Positions 8,301-18,600 are shown, counted from the first letter of the stretch. The stretch is DNA of 32,000 bases from Acaryochloris marina MBIC11017 (GCF_000018105.1 NC_009925.1:60001-92000), one strand, 5' to 3'. The notes: generated from the sequence alone by a model not told the origin. Numbers and translations: made by a program.

Positions 8301-10041
8301 ATCTATCCTTGCCGTTCGCACCTCCTATCAAGGGCAACCCAACGGCGCGATTGTGCTGCAGCATTGTCAAAAAAACTTGAATCGTCAAGGCTTTTTGCAA
8401 CTCCCTATTGCCGAGCAGAATGACATGCTGCGCCGATGGACCGCCGATGAAGTTGAACTCATCGAAGCCTTGGCCAACCAAGTGGGTATTGCCTTGGCCC
8501 ATGCCAAATTATTGGAGCAAGAAAAACAGCAAAGTCACAAGCTATCTGAGCAAAATCATGAATTATTAGTGGCTAAACGAGAAGCCGAATTTGCGAACCA
8601 AGCCAAAAGTGAATTCCTCGCCAATATGAGCCATGAACTGCGCACTCCTTTGAATGGCATTTTGGGGTATGCCCAAATTCTACAGAGATCTGCATCCCTT
8701 AGCCCAAAGGACCACAAGGGGATCCAAGTGATGCACCAATGTGGGCAGCATTTGCTAACCCTAATTGAAGATTTATTAGACCTCTCTAAAATTGAAGCGC
8801 AACGCATGGAGTTGCATCCTGATTCTTTCCATTTTCATGAGTTTCTGACTGGTATCTCTGAACTCTGCACAATTAAGGCACAGCAGAAAGGACTTGAGCT
8901 GATCACCCAGTTTGCATCCAATCTACCCCAAGGCATTTATGCAGATGAACAACGATTACGGCAAATTTTGCTCAATATTCTCGGGAATGCGGTGAAATTC
9001 ACCGATAGCGGAAATGTAACCTTCAAAGTGGCAATAGCCCCCGATCCCCTTCCACCTATCAGTCAAAAAGACGATCTTCCCCATGGAGAAACCATTCAAT
9101 CAATTGTTTTCCAAGTCAGTGACACCGGGATTGGCATTGTAGCTCAGGAACTCTCCAAAATATTCCTCCCCTTTGAACAAGCGGGCCATCCGGATCGATA
9201 CCATCAAGGCACAGGATTAGGTTTAGCGATTAGCCATAACTTGACCGCCATGATGGGCGGCAAATTATCGGTTATCAGCCAACCCAACGAAGGCAGTGTC
9301 TTTTCTTTTACCCTCGCTCTGCCAGTAGTGCAACCCGACACCCTAACTTCGGCATTTGAAACCTATGAAAACATCACGGGCTACTGTGGACAGCCCCGCA
9401 CCATCTTGATCATCGACGATCATTTGGATACTTGTGCTGGAATGATTGAGTTACTCAATGACTTAGGTTTTAAGACTTTGACGGCCATTGACGGTCAAGC
9501 GGGAATTAAAGTTGCCTTGGATAACCCACCAGATTTGGTAATTTCTGATCTAATGATGCCCCATATGGATGGCTGTGCTTTGACCGAAGCCCTCCGACAA
9601 CAGCCGTCTACAGCAGATATTCCCGTGATCATGTCTTCAGCCAGTGCTTATGGACCGGATCAATCCCGTAGTTTAGCTGCAGGTTGCAACGACTTTATTG
9701 CCAAGCCCTTACAGATGAGTGAGTTAATCCAAAAATTGCAGCATCACTTAAACCTAAAATGGGTGACGACAGATAACGTCCCTAAGAATGAATTATCAAC
9801 AAAGAGTCCTATTTCGCCTTCCAAGGAACCGAAGGTAGTCTGTCCACCTCCGGTAGCATTGGAAAAACTATTGACTATGGCAAATAAAGGGAGTGTTTTT
9901 GAAATTATTGATGAAATATCCAATATTCAGGCAGCTCATTCACAATACAAAGGTTTTTGCCAGAAAATTATGGATTGGGCTGAAAAATTTGAAATCACTA
10001 AAATCCAAGACTTTTTACATCACAAACTGAATAGAATCTAG
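5311..10041 (+). CDS. multi-sensor hybrid histidine kinase (PAS-PAS-PAS-GAF-GAF-PAS-GAF-HisKA-HATPase-REC plus a C-terminal helical tail)
   Basis: The H-box [19 protein letters not shown] has its predicted phospho-His at codon 1108 (8632-8634). The N/G boxes [18 protein letters not shown] and GTGLGLAIS are present. The REC domain ILIIDDH...[14 protein letters not shown] has its Asp at codon 1413 (9547-9549). The PAS-like blocks include [27 protein letters not shown] and [26 protein letters not shown]. There are three GAF-like blocks. The start is GTG at 5311 or the adjacent ATG at 5314. Confidence 0.9.
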   Translation: MMAIRSVNSSTTSSVTPAELTLFNRLTTPVWIFDIEQMRMWWANTAALELWNAESLEELLNRDWSDYSEATEIRLQSYLNKFRQGDSVTEQWTFYPKGGAAVSVRCIFSGITIESGRLAMLSEGISDALEQVDVDSLCSLEALRHTTVMISLYDLEGHAILQNPAALQCYGDEVRLGSEQTFNRRFKDPNLAHQALSAVKAEEVFSVEVQVQTLQGMEWHGIDVRGTQNPRTGELAILVNEHNISDRKRAEIALNQLLRQEQQRTFEQLQQTQTDLHESQRLLQLILDTIPQSIFWKDRQSTYLGCNLAFAKDAGLSAPHQIVGLTDYDLPWLKEEADWYRQCDRKIMETVEPEDRIVETQIQADGRQIWVETSKLPLLNSEQEVVGILGLYEDITEREQSKEALQLVLEGTATKVGEAFFRTCTRALADTLNVRYAMITELVGIAKDRVHTLAFWQGDTFGENFEYPLEDTPCKDVIAGEACIYKDSVQQHFPNDADLVTLEAESYFGIPILNPSGQILGHIAVIDTAPLKDISQFEMILQIFAARAAAEIERQQAQQALERQLYHANLLGQITRDIRQSLDAQKILDTAVRHIGKIFKVSRCHIHTYTRNPTPRLKVVAEYLAADMPSLLGQDIPVLNTPYIQQLLSVDQALPSTHVATDTTLHELRPLLTEAGLLSILSIRTSYLDEANGVIVLSQCDRTRDWTAEEISLLETVAGQVGIALAQANLLDREKHQRQQLILHYQQLQQEIKERQQAEQELELAKYSLDKAKDSIYLLDSTGKFLYANDRACHQLEYSPTEILTKRFGDIAPWITPQKLKLLLKEIKDNQSITLEGVHRTKSGQIIPVEITSTYFQFQGEDRFSAVSRDITERKQAALALERQIQRETLLRKLTADIRQSLDTQKIFTTAVQMIGEVFNVSRCHIHSYTLGPVEEFPIVAEYLQPGCDSMWGTTIQAYQLAHIQQMLSQEKALLTPNVYTDPLIYPSLENRSIQLKSILAVRTSYQGQPNGAIVLQHCQKNLNRQGFLQLPIAEQNDMLRRWTADEVELIEALANQVGIALAHAKLLEQEKQQSHKLSEQNHELLVAKREAEFANQAKSEFLANMSHELRTPLNGILGYAQILQRSASLSPKDHKGIQVMHQCGQHLLTLIEDLLDLSKIEAQRMELHPDSFHFHEFLTGISELCTIKAQQKGLELITQFASNLPQGIYADEQRLRQILLNILGNAVKFTDSGNVTFKVAIAPDPLPPISQKDDLPHGETIQSIVFQVSDTGIGIVAQELSKIFLPFEQAGHPDRYHQGTGLGLAISHNLTAMMGGKLSVISQPNEGSVFSFTLALPVVQPDTLTSAFETYENITGYCGQPRTILIIDDHLDTCAGMIELLNDLGFKTLTAIDGQAGIKVALDNPPDLVISDLMMPHMDGCALTEALRQQPSTADIPVIMSSASAYGPDQSRSLAAGCNDFIAKPLQMSELIQKLQHHLNLKWVTTDNVPKNELSTKSPISPSKEPKVVCPPPVALEKLLTMANKGSVFEIIDEISNIQAAHSQYKGFCQKIMDWAEKFEITKIQDFLHHKLNRI

Positions 10042-10242
10042 TCGATTCTTGCCTATAATTTTCGAGTATTTTTTCTGGAAGACATGTTCAAAGCCCAGTC
10101 AATCTACCTTCAGAAATCATGGGCTCCTTACCCCTCAAGTACTGGGAGAATAAAGGGTCAGGGATATACTAGAAATACTCAACAGGTGTAGTAGAAGATT
10201 TCTAAAATTCAAAATCAGACACATTGAAATATGTTTATTTAA

Positions 10243-10254
10243 ACAGTTAACTGT
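10243..10254. promoter_or_regulatory. 12-bp perfect palindrome acagttaactgt upstream of the REC-GGDEF gene
   Basis: A perfect palindrome seen directly in the sequence, about 135 nt upstream of the ATG at 10390 in a 306-bp AT-rich spacer. Confidence 0.2.
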
Positions 10255-10389
10255 AAATTTAAGTATTCTTGCGGATTTTGTTCGTTCCATTACCCTTCAC
10301 AATGGAAAAGTCAAACTATCCTGTTTTTGATATAAATTTATCTGGATGTGCCGTTAGCCTCCACTAGTCCAGTCTTACTTAGCAAGGCG

Positions 10390-11421
10390 ATGCCTGATTC
10401 CCCCAAACCTTCAAATATTCTCATCGTCGATGATGTGCCAACGAATCTCACCATTTTGGCTCAGACACTCAGAGATCAGGGGTTTACAGTTTGGGTCGCC
10501 ACTAGTGGGAATGCTGCCTTAAAGCAGTTAGCTCATGGTTTACCTGATCTGATTTTGTTAGATATCCAAATGCCGGGAATGAATGGCTTGGAAACTTGTG
10601 CAAAATTAAAAGCCGATCTTCGTACCCAGGATATTCCCGTTATTTTCATGTCTGCTCTAAGTGAGCAGGCGAATAAAGTTGAGGGATTGTCCTTAGGAGC
10701 GGTTGATTACATCACCAAGCCTTTCCAGGAAGCCGAAGTCCTCGCCAGAGTGAAAGTGCATTTGAGCATTCGAGAGCTGACGCAGAATCTGCAGCGGGAA
10801 ATTGAAGAGCGTAAACGAGTTGAAGCAGAACTCGCAAAGGCAAATGCCTCTTTGCATCGCCTAGCCCACATTGATGGCTTAACTCAAGTGGCCAACCGCT
10901 ATCGGTTTGATCAAGATATGGAGCAAGTTTGGCGGCGATTACAACGTGATCATGAACCCTTATCGCTCATTTTATGCGACGTTGATTATTTCAAATTGTT
11001 TAACGATCACTATGGTCATCAGGTTGGAGATGACTGCTTAAGGCAAGTCGCCCTTGCCATCCAAAAGGCCGTTCATCGCCCGGACGATCTGGTTGCTCGC
11101 TATGGGGGCGAAGAATTTGCGATCGTTTTGCCTTCAACCCATGCCCAAGGCGCAGAACAAGTTGCCCTGGGCATTCTCAGTAAGATTGCAGAACTCAACA
11201 TTCCCCATGAGTTTTCCACTGTTAGCCCTCAAATCACCCTAAGTTTAGGAATTGCCACCGTTATTCCTAAATCTGAGCAGTCGTTGGATGGCTTAATTGA
11301 ATTAACAGACAAAGCGCTATATCGGGCTAAGGAAGAAGGTAGAAATACTTATTGTCACCATGACTGTTCACAATCCCCTCCCTCTCTAAGCTGCTCGCCA
11401 TCTCCCCTATCCCTCCATTAG
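10390..11421 (+). CDS. response regulator with a REC domain and an active-type GGDEF diguanylate cyclase domain
   Basis: REC: NILIVDDVPTN...DLILLDIQMPGMNG...ITKPF. A coiled-coil linker follows. GGDEF: DGLTQVANRYRF...LCDVDYFKLFNDHYGHQVGDDCL...RPDDLVARYGGEEFAIVL, with GGEEF at 11104-11118 and an RxxD (RPDD) exactly five residues upstream, the I-site position. It ends with KALYRAKEEGRN. The ORF track starts at GTG 10348. I prefer the ATG at 10390 (MPDSPKPSNILIVDD). Confidence 0.9.
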   Translation: MPDSPKPSNILIVDDVPTNLTILAQTLRDQGFTVWVATSGNAALKQLAHGLPDLILLDIQMPGMNGLETCAKLKADLRTQDIPVIFMSALSEQANKVEGLSLGAVDYITKPFQEAEVLARVKVHLSIRELTQNLQREIEERKRVEAELAKANASLHRLAHIDGLTQVANRYRFDQDMEQVWRRLQRDHEPLSLILCDVDYFKLFNDHYGHQVGDDCLRQVALAIQKAVHRPDDLVARYGGEEFAIVLPSTHAQGAEQVALGILSKIAELNIPHEFSTVSPQITLSLGIATVIPKSEQSLDGLIELTDKALYRAKEEGRNTYCHHDCSQSPPSLSCSPSPLSLH

Positions 11422-11534
11422 GAGCAGTATTCTGTGAAGGCGAGCTGACCGCCAAAAATATGTTCAGATAGGTAAAGCCTAAACCTGGTGCCCAGCAAGG
11501 TGTATCTTAGGTGAGATCTTTCTTTTTGCGTTTC

Positions 11535-11972
11535 ATGGTGATTGTGCATGAAATTCTTGATCTTGAAACCGATCAAGGGATTGGCATTTATAATCTTTCC
11601 CCTCAAATTCAAGAGTTTATTGCTGCTAGCTCAATTCGAAATGGCCAAGTTTTAATCTGTTCTCGGCATACCACTACGTCTTTAGCCATTAACGAGTATG
11701 AAGAACGATTATTAGAGGACATTAAAGTCTATTTGCACAAGCTGGCTCCAGCGAACCAACGATACCTGCATAATGATCTACATTTGCGGGATGTCCCCGA
11801 AGATGAGCCAGAAAATGCGCATTCTCACCTGATGGCGATCACGCTTTCTTCCAGTGAAGTGGCGCCTATTGTCGAGGGCCAATTAGCTTTAGGGACTTAT
11901 CAATCGGTCCTGTTGTTTGAGCTGGATGGCCCTCGACAAAGAACGGTCTTTCTTCAACTATCTGGAGAGTAG
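11535..11972 (+). CDS. YjbQ/UPF0047 family protein (secondary thiamine-phosphate synthase-like)
   Basis: CSRHTTTSLAINEYEERLLEDI...NAHSHLMAITLSSSEVAPIVEGQLALGTYQSVLLFELDGPRQRTV matches the conserved HTT.(S/A)L.INE, NA.(S/A)HL and LGTWQ-like motifs of UPF0047. The start is uncertain (ATG 11535 versus GTG 11511). Confidence 0.8.
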   Translation: MVIVHEILDLETDQGIGIYNLSPQIQEFIAASSIRNGQVLICSRHTTTSLAINEYEERLLEDIKVYLHKLAPANQRYLHNDLHLRDVPEDEPENAHSHLMAITLSSSEVAPIVEGQLALGTYQSVLLFELDGPRQRTVFLQLSGE

Positions 11973-11989
11973 GCAGCGAAACAAAGGGG

Positions 11990-13042
11990 TTACTGCCATC
12001 CTGCTCGATCTGCTATTTTGGTTGCTTCTGGATTATTACGTCCATAGGCACTGACGTTGATGGTGTCGGATTTAAATTCGCCATACTCTTTTAAAGCGGG
12101 TGATTCTTCAACCCCAATCACTGCCGGATATTCGTTATTTGCTTCGGCAAACACTTTCTGGGCCTCAGGACTGGTGAGGTACTCCATAAATGCGATCGCA
12201 TTTTCCTTATTAGGTGCATTGGCGACTACGCCAGCCCCACTGATATTGACATGAGTTCCTCTGTCATCCTGGTTAGGGAAAAAGACTCCCACCTTCTCAG
12301 TAATGGCTCTATTCTTAGAATTCTTGGATTGAGCTAAACGGGCCACATAATAGTGATTCACAATAGCTACATCACATTGACCAGCTGCCACCGCTTTAAT
12401 TTGGTCAACGTCTCCTCCTTTGGGAGGACGAGCAAAGTTGGCGACTAAATTTTTGGCCCATTGTTCGGTTTCCGTTTCCCCTTTTGATTCAATAAAGGAT
12501 CCTAGAAGGGATTGATTATAAATATTGTTGGAACTACGAACGCAAACTCTACCTTTCCAAGCAGGTTCTGCCAATGCCTCATAGGTGGAGAGTTCTTCTG
12601 GCTTTACCTTTGCTTTGTTGTATACCAACATCCTCACCCGCCGAGTCAGACCAAACCAAAGACCATCCGGGTGACGGAGATTCTCTGGAATTTTATCTTT
12701 CAGCTGGTTAGAAGAAATTGATTGCAATAAGTTGGCCTGTTCCGCCCGCCATAATCGACCTGCATCAACCGTAATCAACACATCCGCTTGGGGATTGCTG
12801 GCCTCGTTTTTGATTCGCTCAAGTAGCTCATTATCCTTACTTTCTAGTAACTTAACCTCAATTCCCGTTTGCTTGGTGAAGTCTTGATATAAGGCCTGAT
12901 CCGTATCATAGTGTCGGGCAGAATACACCCTCACTATCTTGCCTTCACCATCCGTTTGAGTGTTAGTACATCCACTTGCAACAGCGATAGAGAAAAAGCT
13001 CACTGAAGTAATCAGAGCGATTTTAGAGAGATTGAAGACCAT
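11990..13042 (-). CDS. futA: Fe(III) ABC-transporter periplasmic substrate-binding lipoprotein, FutA/IdiA family
   Basis: It has a lipobox (AVASGC). VYSARHYDTDQALYQDF...ADVLITVDAGRLWRAEQANLLQ...IPENLRHPDGLWFGLT...GTHVNISGAGV...NNEYPA...GWQ* closely resembles cyanobacterial FutA/IdiA proteins as I remember them. Confidence 0.85.
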   Translation of the reverse strand: MVFNLSKIALITSVSFFSIAVASGCTNTQTDGEGKIVRVYSARHYDTDQALYQDFTKQTGIEVKLLESKDNELLERIKNEASNPQADVLITVDAGRLWRAEQANLLQSISSNQLKDKIPENLRHPDGLWFGLTRRVRMLVYNKAKVKPEELSTYEALAEPAWKGRVCVRSSNNIYNQSLLGSFIESKGETETEQWAKNLVANFARPPKGGDVDQIKAVAAGQCDVAIVNHYYVARLAQSKNSKNRAITEKVGVFFPNQDDRGTHVNISGAGVVANAPNKENAIAFMEYLTSPEAQKVFAEANNEYPAVIGVEESPALKEYGEFKSDTINVSAYGRNNPEATKIADRAGWQ

Positions 13043-13057
13043 CTTAAATTCAACGCA

Positions 13058-13085
13058 CTAATGAAAACTATTCTTAATTTATCAG
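13058..13085 (-). promoter_or_regulatory. AT-rich Fur-box-like sequence just upstream of the futA-like gene (speculative)
   Basis: Read in the gene direction it is ctGATAAATTAAGAATAGTTTTCATTAg, 16-43 nt upstream of the ATG. It contains GATAAT-like hexamers, but its match to the 19-bp Fur consensus is only loose. Confidence 0.2.
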
Positions 13086-13286
13086 ACCAGTCTTCAAGCT
13101 ATCGAAGTCTACCAACCTCTGTCAAGCAGGCAAATGCAAGATTGTACCCTGATGGCTCTTCTCACATCAGAGTTCAATCAAGCTGGCACTATCTAACCAC
13201 ATTGAGAAAAATTTTGAATATTCGCTACCACTCTGCTCAGATATCAAGATAAGATTGGCAATCAAATATGAATTTAAAAATCGTTT

Positions 13287-13321
13287 AAATCTAATTTTTA
13301 TATTCCTAAAAAATTAGATTT
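13287..13321. promoter_or_regulatory. 13-bp perfect inverted repeat (aaatctaattttt N9 aaaaattagattt) in the divergent futA / secreted-protein intergenic region
   Basis: The arms at 13287-13299 and 13309-13321 are exact reverse complements. It sits in a 427-bp AT-rich spacer between two divergently transcribed genes. Confidence 0.3.
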
Positions 13322-13481
13322 TTATACTCTCATAAAAAATTATTCAAACGGCAACAAATATATCTAAAAACAACTATCTAGCTAAATTATGTATTTCTAC
13401 TGAGGTCAATAAACCTATTCCAAAATGTAAAATAAGAGTAACAGAATGAGCAGTATTCACCATTTTTAGTTGCGTCAAAGA

Positions 13482-13811
13482 ATGAATAAAAAGCTAGCAG
13501 TTTTAACAGCAATATTCGCCTCCTCTATATCTACAGCTGTTTCGGCGCAAATTGCTCAAGTATCAAATATTCGCCCCCTCGACAAACCAGGGCTATATAT
13601 GGCCAGCGGTGTTTTGCAATATCCTGATGGAGATGCACTACAAGCAGATTTTAGAGTGTATTGTCCGACGAGCATGATACGACCCACAAATTATCAACTA
13701 TTCGATAAATTGGGACATGCCAAACAACAAGGTTCATGGTGGCAAACTGCTTTCCAGCCCAAATATGCATCAGAGTTTACACTTATTAGATCAGTTTGTG
13801 GTGGCGACTAG
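13482..13811 (+). CDS. small secreted protein of unknown function
   Basis: It has a Sec-type signal peptide, MNKKLAVLTAIFASSISTAVSA|Q. The mature part is about 87 aa with 2 Cys. I recognise no motif. The ATG at 13482 is preferred over the TTG at 13470. Confidence 0.5.
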   Translation: MNKKLAVLTAIFASSISTAVSAQIAQVSNIRPLDKPGLYMASGVLQYPDGDALQADFRVYCPTSMIRPTNYQLFDKLGHAKQQGSWWQTAFQPKYASEFTLIRSVCGGD

Positions 13812-13898
13812 ACCTAAGTTATCTAGGTAAATTCCCCTTATTCAAGATTAGTTAAACTGATGCACCTAAGAGTATCCTTTTGAAGGACAAACAGGGAA

Positions 13899-15623
13899 CT
13901 AAATCTTTTTATCATCTGGGTGAGCAGACTTTGTATTTGCAGCAGCATGAGTGTCTGAAGCGTTTTCTTTTAGAGACTGCTGCTGCAACCAAACGTTTAA
14001 ATTTTGAGAAAGTAGCGTAAAAGAAGTCACTAACTCTTCAGGTAGATCTAGGGGTAGCTTGCCGGATCGCACATGTAGATCCCTTTGAGGAAAAGGAATC
14101 TCAATCTCTCGATGACGCAGAATGGTCTCAATGCGAAAATTAAGATCGCTCTTGATGGCAAATTGCTTTTCAGGCTCATCAATCCAAACCAATAGCAAGA
14201 AATTCAGAGAATTATCCCCAAACTCAGTGAAAAATACCCGAGGGGGTGGATCTTTGCGAACCGAACTATACTCAGCAACCGCATCCATCAAAGCTTCTCG
14301 TACCTTTTTGGGGTTGGTCCCATAGGCCACTCCCACTGGAATTTGTAACCGCGAGACAGAAGAACCATGGTCCCAATTAACCACTTCAGATTCTAAAAAC
14401 TCTGAATTAGGGACAATAATCGAAACTTGATCTAGGGTGCGAATCTCTGTACTCCGAACATTGATTCGTTCTACTGTGCCCTGATAATCTCCGACCTTCA
14501 CAAAGTCCCCCACCTTAATGGGTTGCTCAAAAATCAGGACCATACCACTAATAAAGTTTTTGGCAAATCCTTGCAGTCCTAAACCAATCCCCACACCAAG
14601 GACACTCGCAAATACAGCTAAGGAACTCAGATCAAAGCCCCAAAGCTGAAATAGCACCATTGCTCCGATGAACAGCAAGACATAGTTAGCCACAAAGGCC
14701 ACGGCTTCTTGGGCTCCGCGATTCAGTCCAGTGGCTCCTAATACCCGTGATCTCAACAAATGCTGCACGGTTTTAGTCAGGTTCATTAGCCCCGCCAGTA
14801 GAAGTAGAAGCAGAGCAACATCTACAACAGAGTAGGACTTTCCACCTGCCGGAATAAACGGAGTGGAGAAGGTTTGAATCAGAGTGTTGATGATTAAATA
14901 GATGCCATTGCGGGTCCAGGGAAATAGACCACAAACAAAGCCAATCGTGCCCACCCACAGCACGATCCGCAAACAGTAGAAAATGGCTTTGAGGAGAAAT
15001 CTAAGGCTTTGAGGCTGTTCACCCGTCGTTGGATCGACCGTTGCCCGAGGTAAAAGTTTGAATAACTTCTGGCGCCAAAACCACCCTATCCCCCAGTGAG
15101 CGATCAGTGCCAACAACAAACATAGAGCGCCAATAGCCACTAATCGCCCAGGATTGGCCCGTTCATCTTGCCCTCGATTAATTGCTCGCTGCAATTTCTT
15201 TTGCCAAGTTCTAGCGGTCACTTCTGGAGAAGACAACTCTGCATCCTGACTATTCACGGTCAACAAATACAAGGGTTGTTTCGCACCGACTTCGACTTTC
15301 AGCACGGGTAGGTCTTTAGAGAAATCAACAATAACCTCTGCCTTTGTCGAGGTATTCACCAGGGTTTGTAAGCTTTGGTTGACCGTTCTAGCTCTATCTT
15401 CAGCCGGGAATTCTTTCGACGAACTTAATTCAAATAACGGAATGCCATCCACTTCCACCGTCTCTGACTCAAGGGTTTGAGCCACAACGACATCCCTACT
15501 GGGATGACTTAAGAGAATTAAGCTTGCCGTAATCAGGGCAAGACAGCACCAACGCCACCAGCGCCGATCAGAAAAATCCCTAATGGCCAAAACTCCCCAG
15601 GCGAATAATCGGTTGATGATCAT
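13899..15623 (-). CDS. mechanosensitive ion channel family protein (MscS-like, with a large N-terminal extension)
   Basis: The MscS core is ...FAKNFISGMVLIFEQPIKVGDFVKVGDYQGTVERINVRSTEIRTLDQVSIIVPNSEFLESEVVNW. Multiple TM helices lie upstream, along with an N-terminal signal/anchor and a soluble domain. Confidence 0.9.
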   Translation of the reverse strand: MIINRLFAWGVLAIRDFSDRRWWRWCCLALITASLILLSHPSRDVVVAQTLESETVEVDGIPLFELSSSKEFPAEDRARTVNQSLQTLVNTSTKAEVIVDFSKDLPVLKVEVGAKQPLYLLTVNSQDAELSSPEVTARTWQKKLQRAINRGQDERANPGRLVAIGALCLLLALIAHWGIGWFWRQKLFKLLPRATVDPTTGEQPQSLRFLLKAIFYCLRIVLWVGTIGFVCGLFPWTRNGIYLIINTLIQTFSTPFIPAGGKSYSVVDVALLLLLLAGLMNLTKTVQHLLRSRVLGATGLNRGAQEAVAFVANYVLLFIGAMVLFQLWGFDLSSLAVFASVLGVGIGLGLQGFAKNFISGMVLIFEQPIKVGDFVKVGDYQGTVERINVRSTEIRTLDQVSIIVPNSEFLESEVVNWDHGSSVSRLQIPVGVAYGTNPKKVREALMDAVAEYSSVRKDPPPRVFFTEFGDNSLNFLLLVWIDEPEKQFAIKSDLNFRIETILRHREIEIPFPQRDLHVRSGKLPLDLPEELVTSFTLLSQNLNVWLQQQSLKENASDTHAAANTKSAHPDDKKI

Positions 15624-15662
15624 AGCAGCCGTATCTATTGCAAAGGGTTATTGTAACGAGGA

Positions 15663-18600
15663 TTAGAATTGAATGCGATATTCCAACACACCGACGGCTT
15701 CGCCTTCAGAACTGATGGAGGACCGAGCCCTAATTTGATTGTTGATCTCGTAACTCAAGTTAAATAGAGTCGGTTCATCTACCCCTGTCAATATTTGGAG
15801 AACCGATGCAGAGAAGCGATCGGTAATGTCAAATCCTAATTCAGCTCCAAAGGCTAGTACAGCGCTTTGGTTATTGTTCTGATTAGGGAGCAAAACAGGA
15901 AAGGCTCGGAAACTAGCGCGACTTCCCAGAGCATCGTTCAGAGCTTGCTGCACACTGGAGAAAGCTGCGGAGCTGGCAATATTGGCAGCAGCTTGGGTCG
16001 CTTGCCCATCCTGTAGCGACCGTTCCAAGCCACCCCCCAGTAGAGCAATAATTTGGGGATTGGTGCGGCTAGGACGGCTGCTTAAGGTCACGACTTTGTC
16101 AAAGTTAGCGAGGAGTTCGCTGGCCCGTCCATCCACCGTGGCATTCACTTTCACGGATTGGACTGCACCAATGGCACTAGAGGGGACTTCAGCAAACTCA
16201 TTCAAGTCAGTGGTCGTCGCCCTTACCACCTCAGTCACAGTGGTTTTCATACCAATATTGAGATAGGGGTCTAAGCCAAATTGCGAGTCAAAGCTGGCAT
16301 AGTTCTCCCGTCTAGGATCAACACTAAAGAGGGTGGTGGCCAGATTAATGGAGCCTTTACGGAAGCGAACCACACCATCCGCTAAAGGTTGATCCACTTG
16401 TCCATTGATGGTCAGGTCACCGTTCGCGATAAAACTAAGGACGGGCGGTTGAGAGATTTTGACATTATCGCCAATTTGAACCACTAAATTATTGAATTTA
16501 ATCGGATTGTCTACACCCGGCTGAGACACGGTTCCAGGGGCAGAACTATCAGCTCCACTTGCATTGGCTAATTTGACCTTGCCGTTACTAAGCTGTAGTT
16601 TGCCGCTGATCCGAGGTTGTAAAGCACTTCCCTTGACGACAATGGCTCCATTCACGCCTCCCTGATAGAGTTCCTGCACATTGAGATCTAAATCTTCTAA
16701 TTTGACGGCTAAGGCCTGTTGGTTCGACCCTTGGAAAATGGGCAGACTTCCAGTGGTTTCTAGCTGGCCATCATCGATCTTGGCCGTTAAGCGAGGAATG
16801 GTCACTAGGTTACTATCAAATTTGATCAAGCCATTCAAATTGGTGAGGGGCTGTTTCAGGGCCGCAGCCTGAAGTTTGGCATCTTGGAATCGGATGCTAC
16901 CGTCCACAATAGGCTGATCAATCGTGCCCTTGACATTGACATCTAGAGCGCCATTACCGCCTTCCCAGGTGACTTGGTCTGTAAATAAGCTCAGGAGGGA
17001 TAAGCCATCATTTCGAATACTTGCTGTGAGGGAGACCTGATCCGTCGCTGGCTTTACTGTTGAGAAAACCGGTACAAAGGGGACTTCCCCCTTTAGGACC
17101 AAGGGTTGGGAGTTATTAATCCGAGCCTGACTATCAATCTTGAGGAGCGCTTGTTTATAGCTCAAGGTGGTTTGAGCACTATTAATAACGGCATCGTCCA
17201 ACCGCCCTTCTACTAGCTCAAACTGACCTTCTAGCTGAGGGTCTTCCAAGTTTCCAGCCAAATTGAGGGTGCCATTTAATTTGCCGGTGACGGTGACAGG
17301 TAAATCCAAGAAGGGGTTAATGGGTTCAACGGAAATATTTTGCAGCCGCAGTCGCCCCGACTGATAAGAACTGCCTAGCTGCCCTTGAAAAGCCAATAGA
17401 CTCTCACCCGTTTTGACACGCAGGGGCTGTAAACTGAGCAGGCCATCTTCCAGTTCGCCTTTAACCACGAGTTGATCTATGCCAGACAACCCCAACTTAA
17501 AATCTTGTCCCCGAATATCGAAATCAGCATTCACCCCAGTTTTGACGGATCCTGCAAAGTCTATTTGTCCGCCAAATTGCCCCGTTAGGCCATCTAAGGC
17601 GAACAGACTTTGCTCCTGTTGATTCGCTTGGAGAATGGCTAACTGCCGAATTTCAGAAAAACGGCGCAGTTGAGACAGTAATGGGCCATTTACGCCAACC
17701 GGAATGGTTTGCAAATCTGCTGCTGTTCCATAGGTTTTAGGCTGCTGGGGGGATCCGATATTTGCAAAATCGATAGACTCATACAACGCCACAACATCAG
17801 CAATATTGCCTTTCGTAATCGCTAAGTCACCTGAGTACTGCGGATTATCACTGGCAATAAATTTCGCATTTAATACATACTGACTTTCATCCTTGAGCAA
17901 TGTCCCCTGATCTAAATTAGCGATTCCATCTCGATAACGAATCTTGCCCGTTAGGGTTTTAGCTTGAATCTGGTTAAGGGCCGGTTGATCAACGGCAAAG
18001 CTACCCTCTAGGGTTTGCTGTTTCAGGTTGGCTAGGAACTGACCCGATGCAGTCCCAGAGACCGTTCCTAACCCTAAATTAGCGATGGAACCTAAATTCA
18101 AGGGTTGTAGGGGAAATTGTTTGACTTCTGCCCGGAGGATATTGCCTTGGGTTGTCCCTTGGGCGATGGCCTGATCTCTGCGAATCAGAAAAGAGTTGGG
18201 CAAGAATTGAGAGTTGAGAGAAACATCGATGCGATCTCGTTCTCCTCCCACCTTCATTTCAACCCCTGGGCCAAAGGCCAAGTCCCCTTTCATTACCGGT
18301 TCAAACCGAAACTGAAACAACGCTAAGTCTTCTAGCTGTAAAGTCGCCACTAAATTGGGGGCTTCGGGGGTTCCGGTAATGCGGCCTATCAAGTCGGCCT
18401 GCCCGGTCAAGGGAATTGCTGTGGGTCCCAAGGCTGCTAGGGTTCGTAAATCATAATTATCAGCCTTGATGTTCAGATCCATCGCGGTGATCTGGGGACC
18501 TTGAGGAGACTGTAAATTAGCATCAATGGTACCATCGGCTCGAAACCCCTTAGCCGTCGCCGACTGCACCACAATCTGACGCCCCGTCCATCGGAATCGA

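Noticed and set aside
9841-10041. The C-terminal tail of the hybrid kinase as an HPt phosphotransfer domain
   Set aside because: No H-x-x-K-G-type motif is present. The only histidines (AAHSQY, LHHKL) are in the wrong context. The tail is reported instead as an unassigned helical segment.
11418-11612. 64-aa minus-strand ORF spanning the GGDEF/YjbQ intergenic region
   Set aside because: It overlaps the start of the YjbQ-family gene on the opposite strand and has no motif or plausible start context. It is probably spurious.
13061-13252. 63-aa plus-strand ORF in the futA upstream spacer
   Set aside because: It begins 19 nt from the futA start on the opposite strand, inside what should be the futA promoter. 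Its composition is Ser/Leu/Arg-rich and it has no recognisable features.
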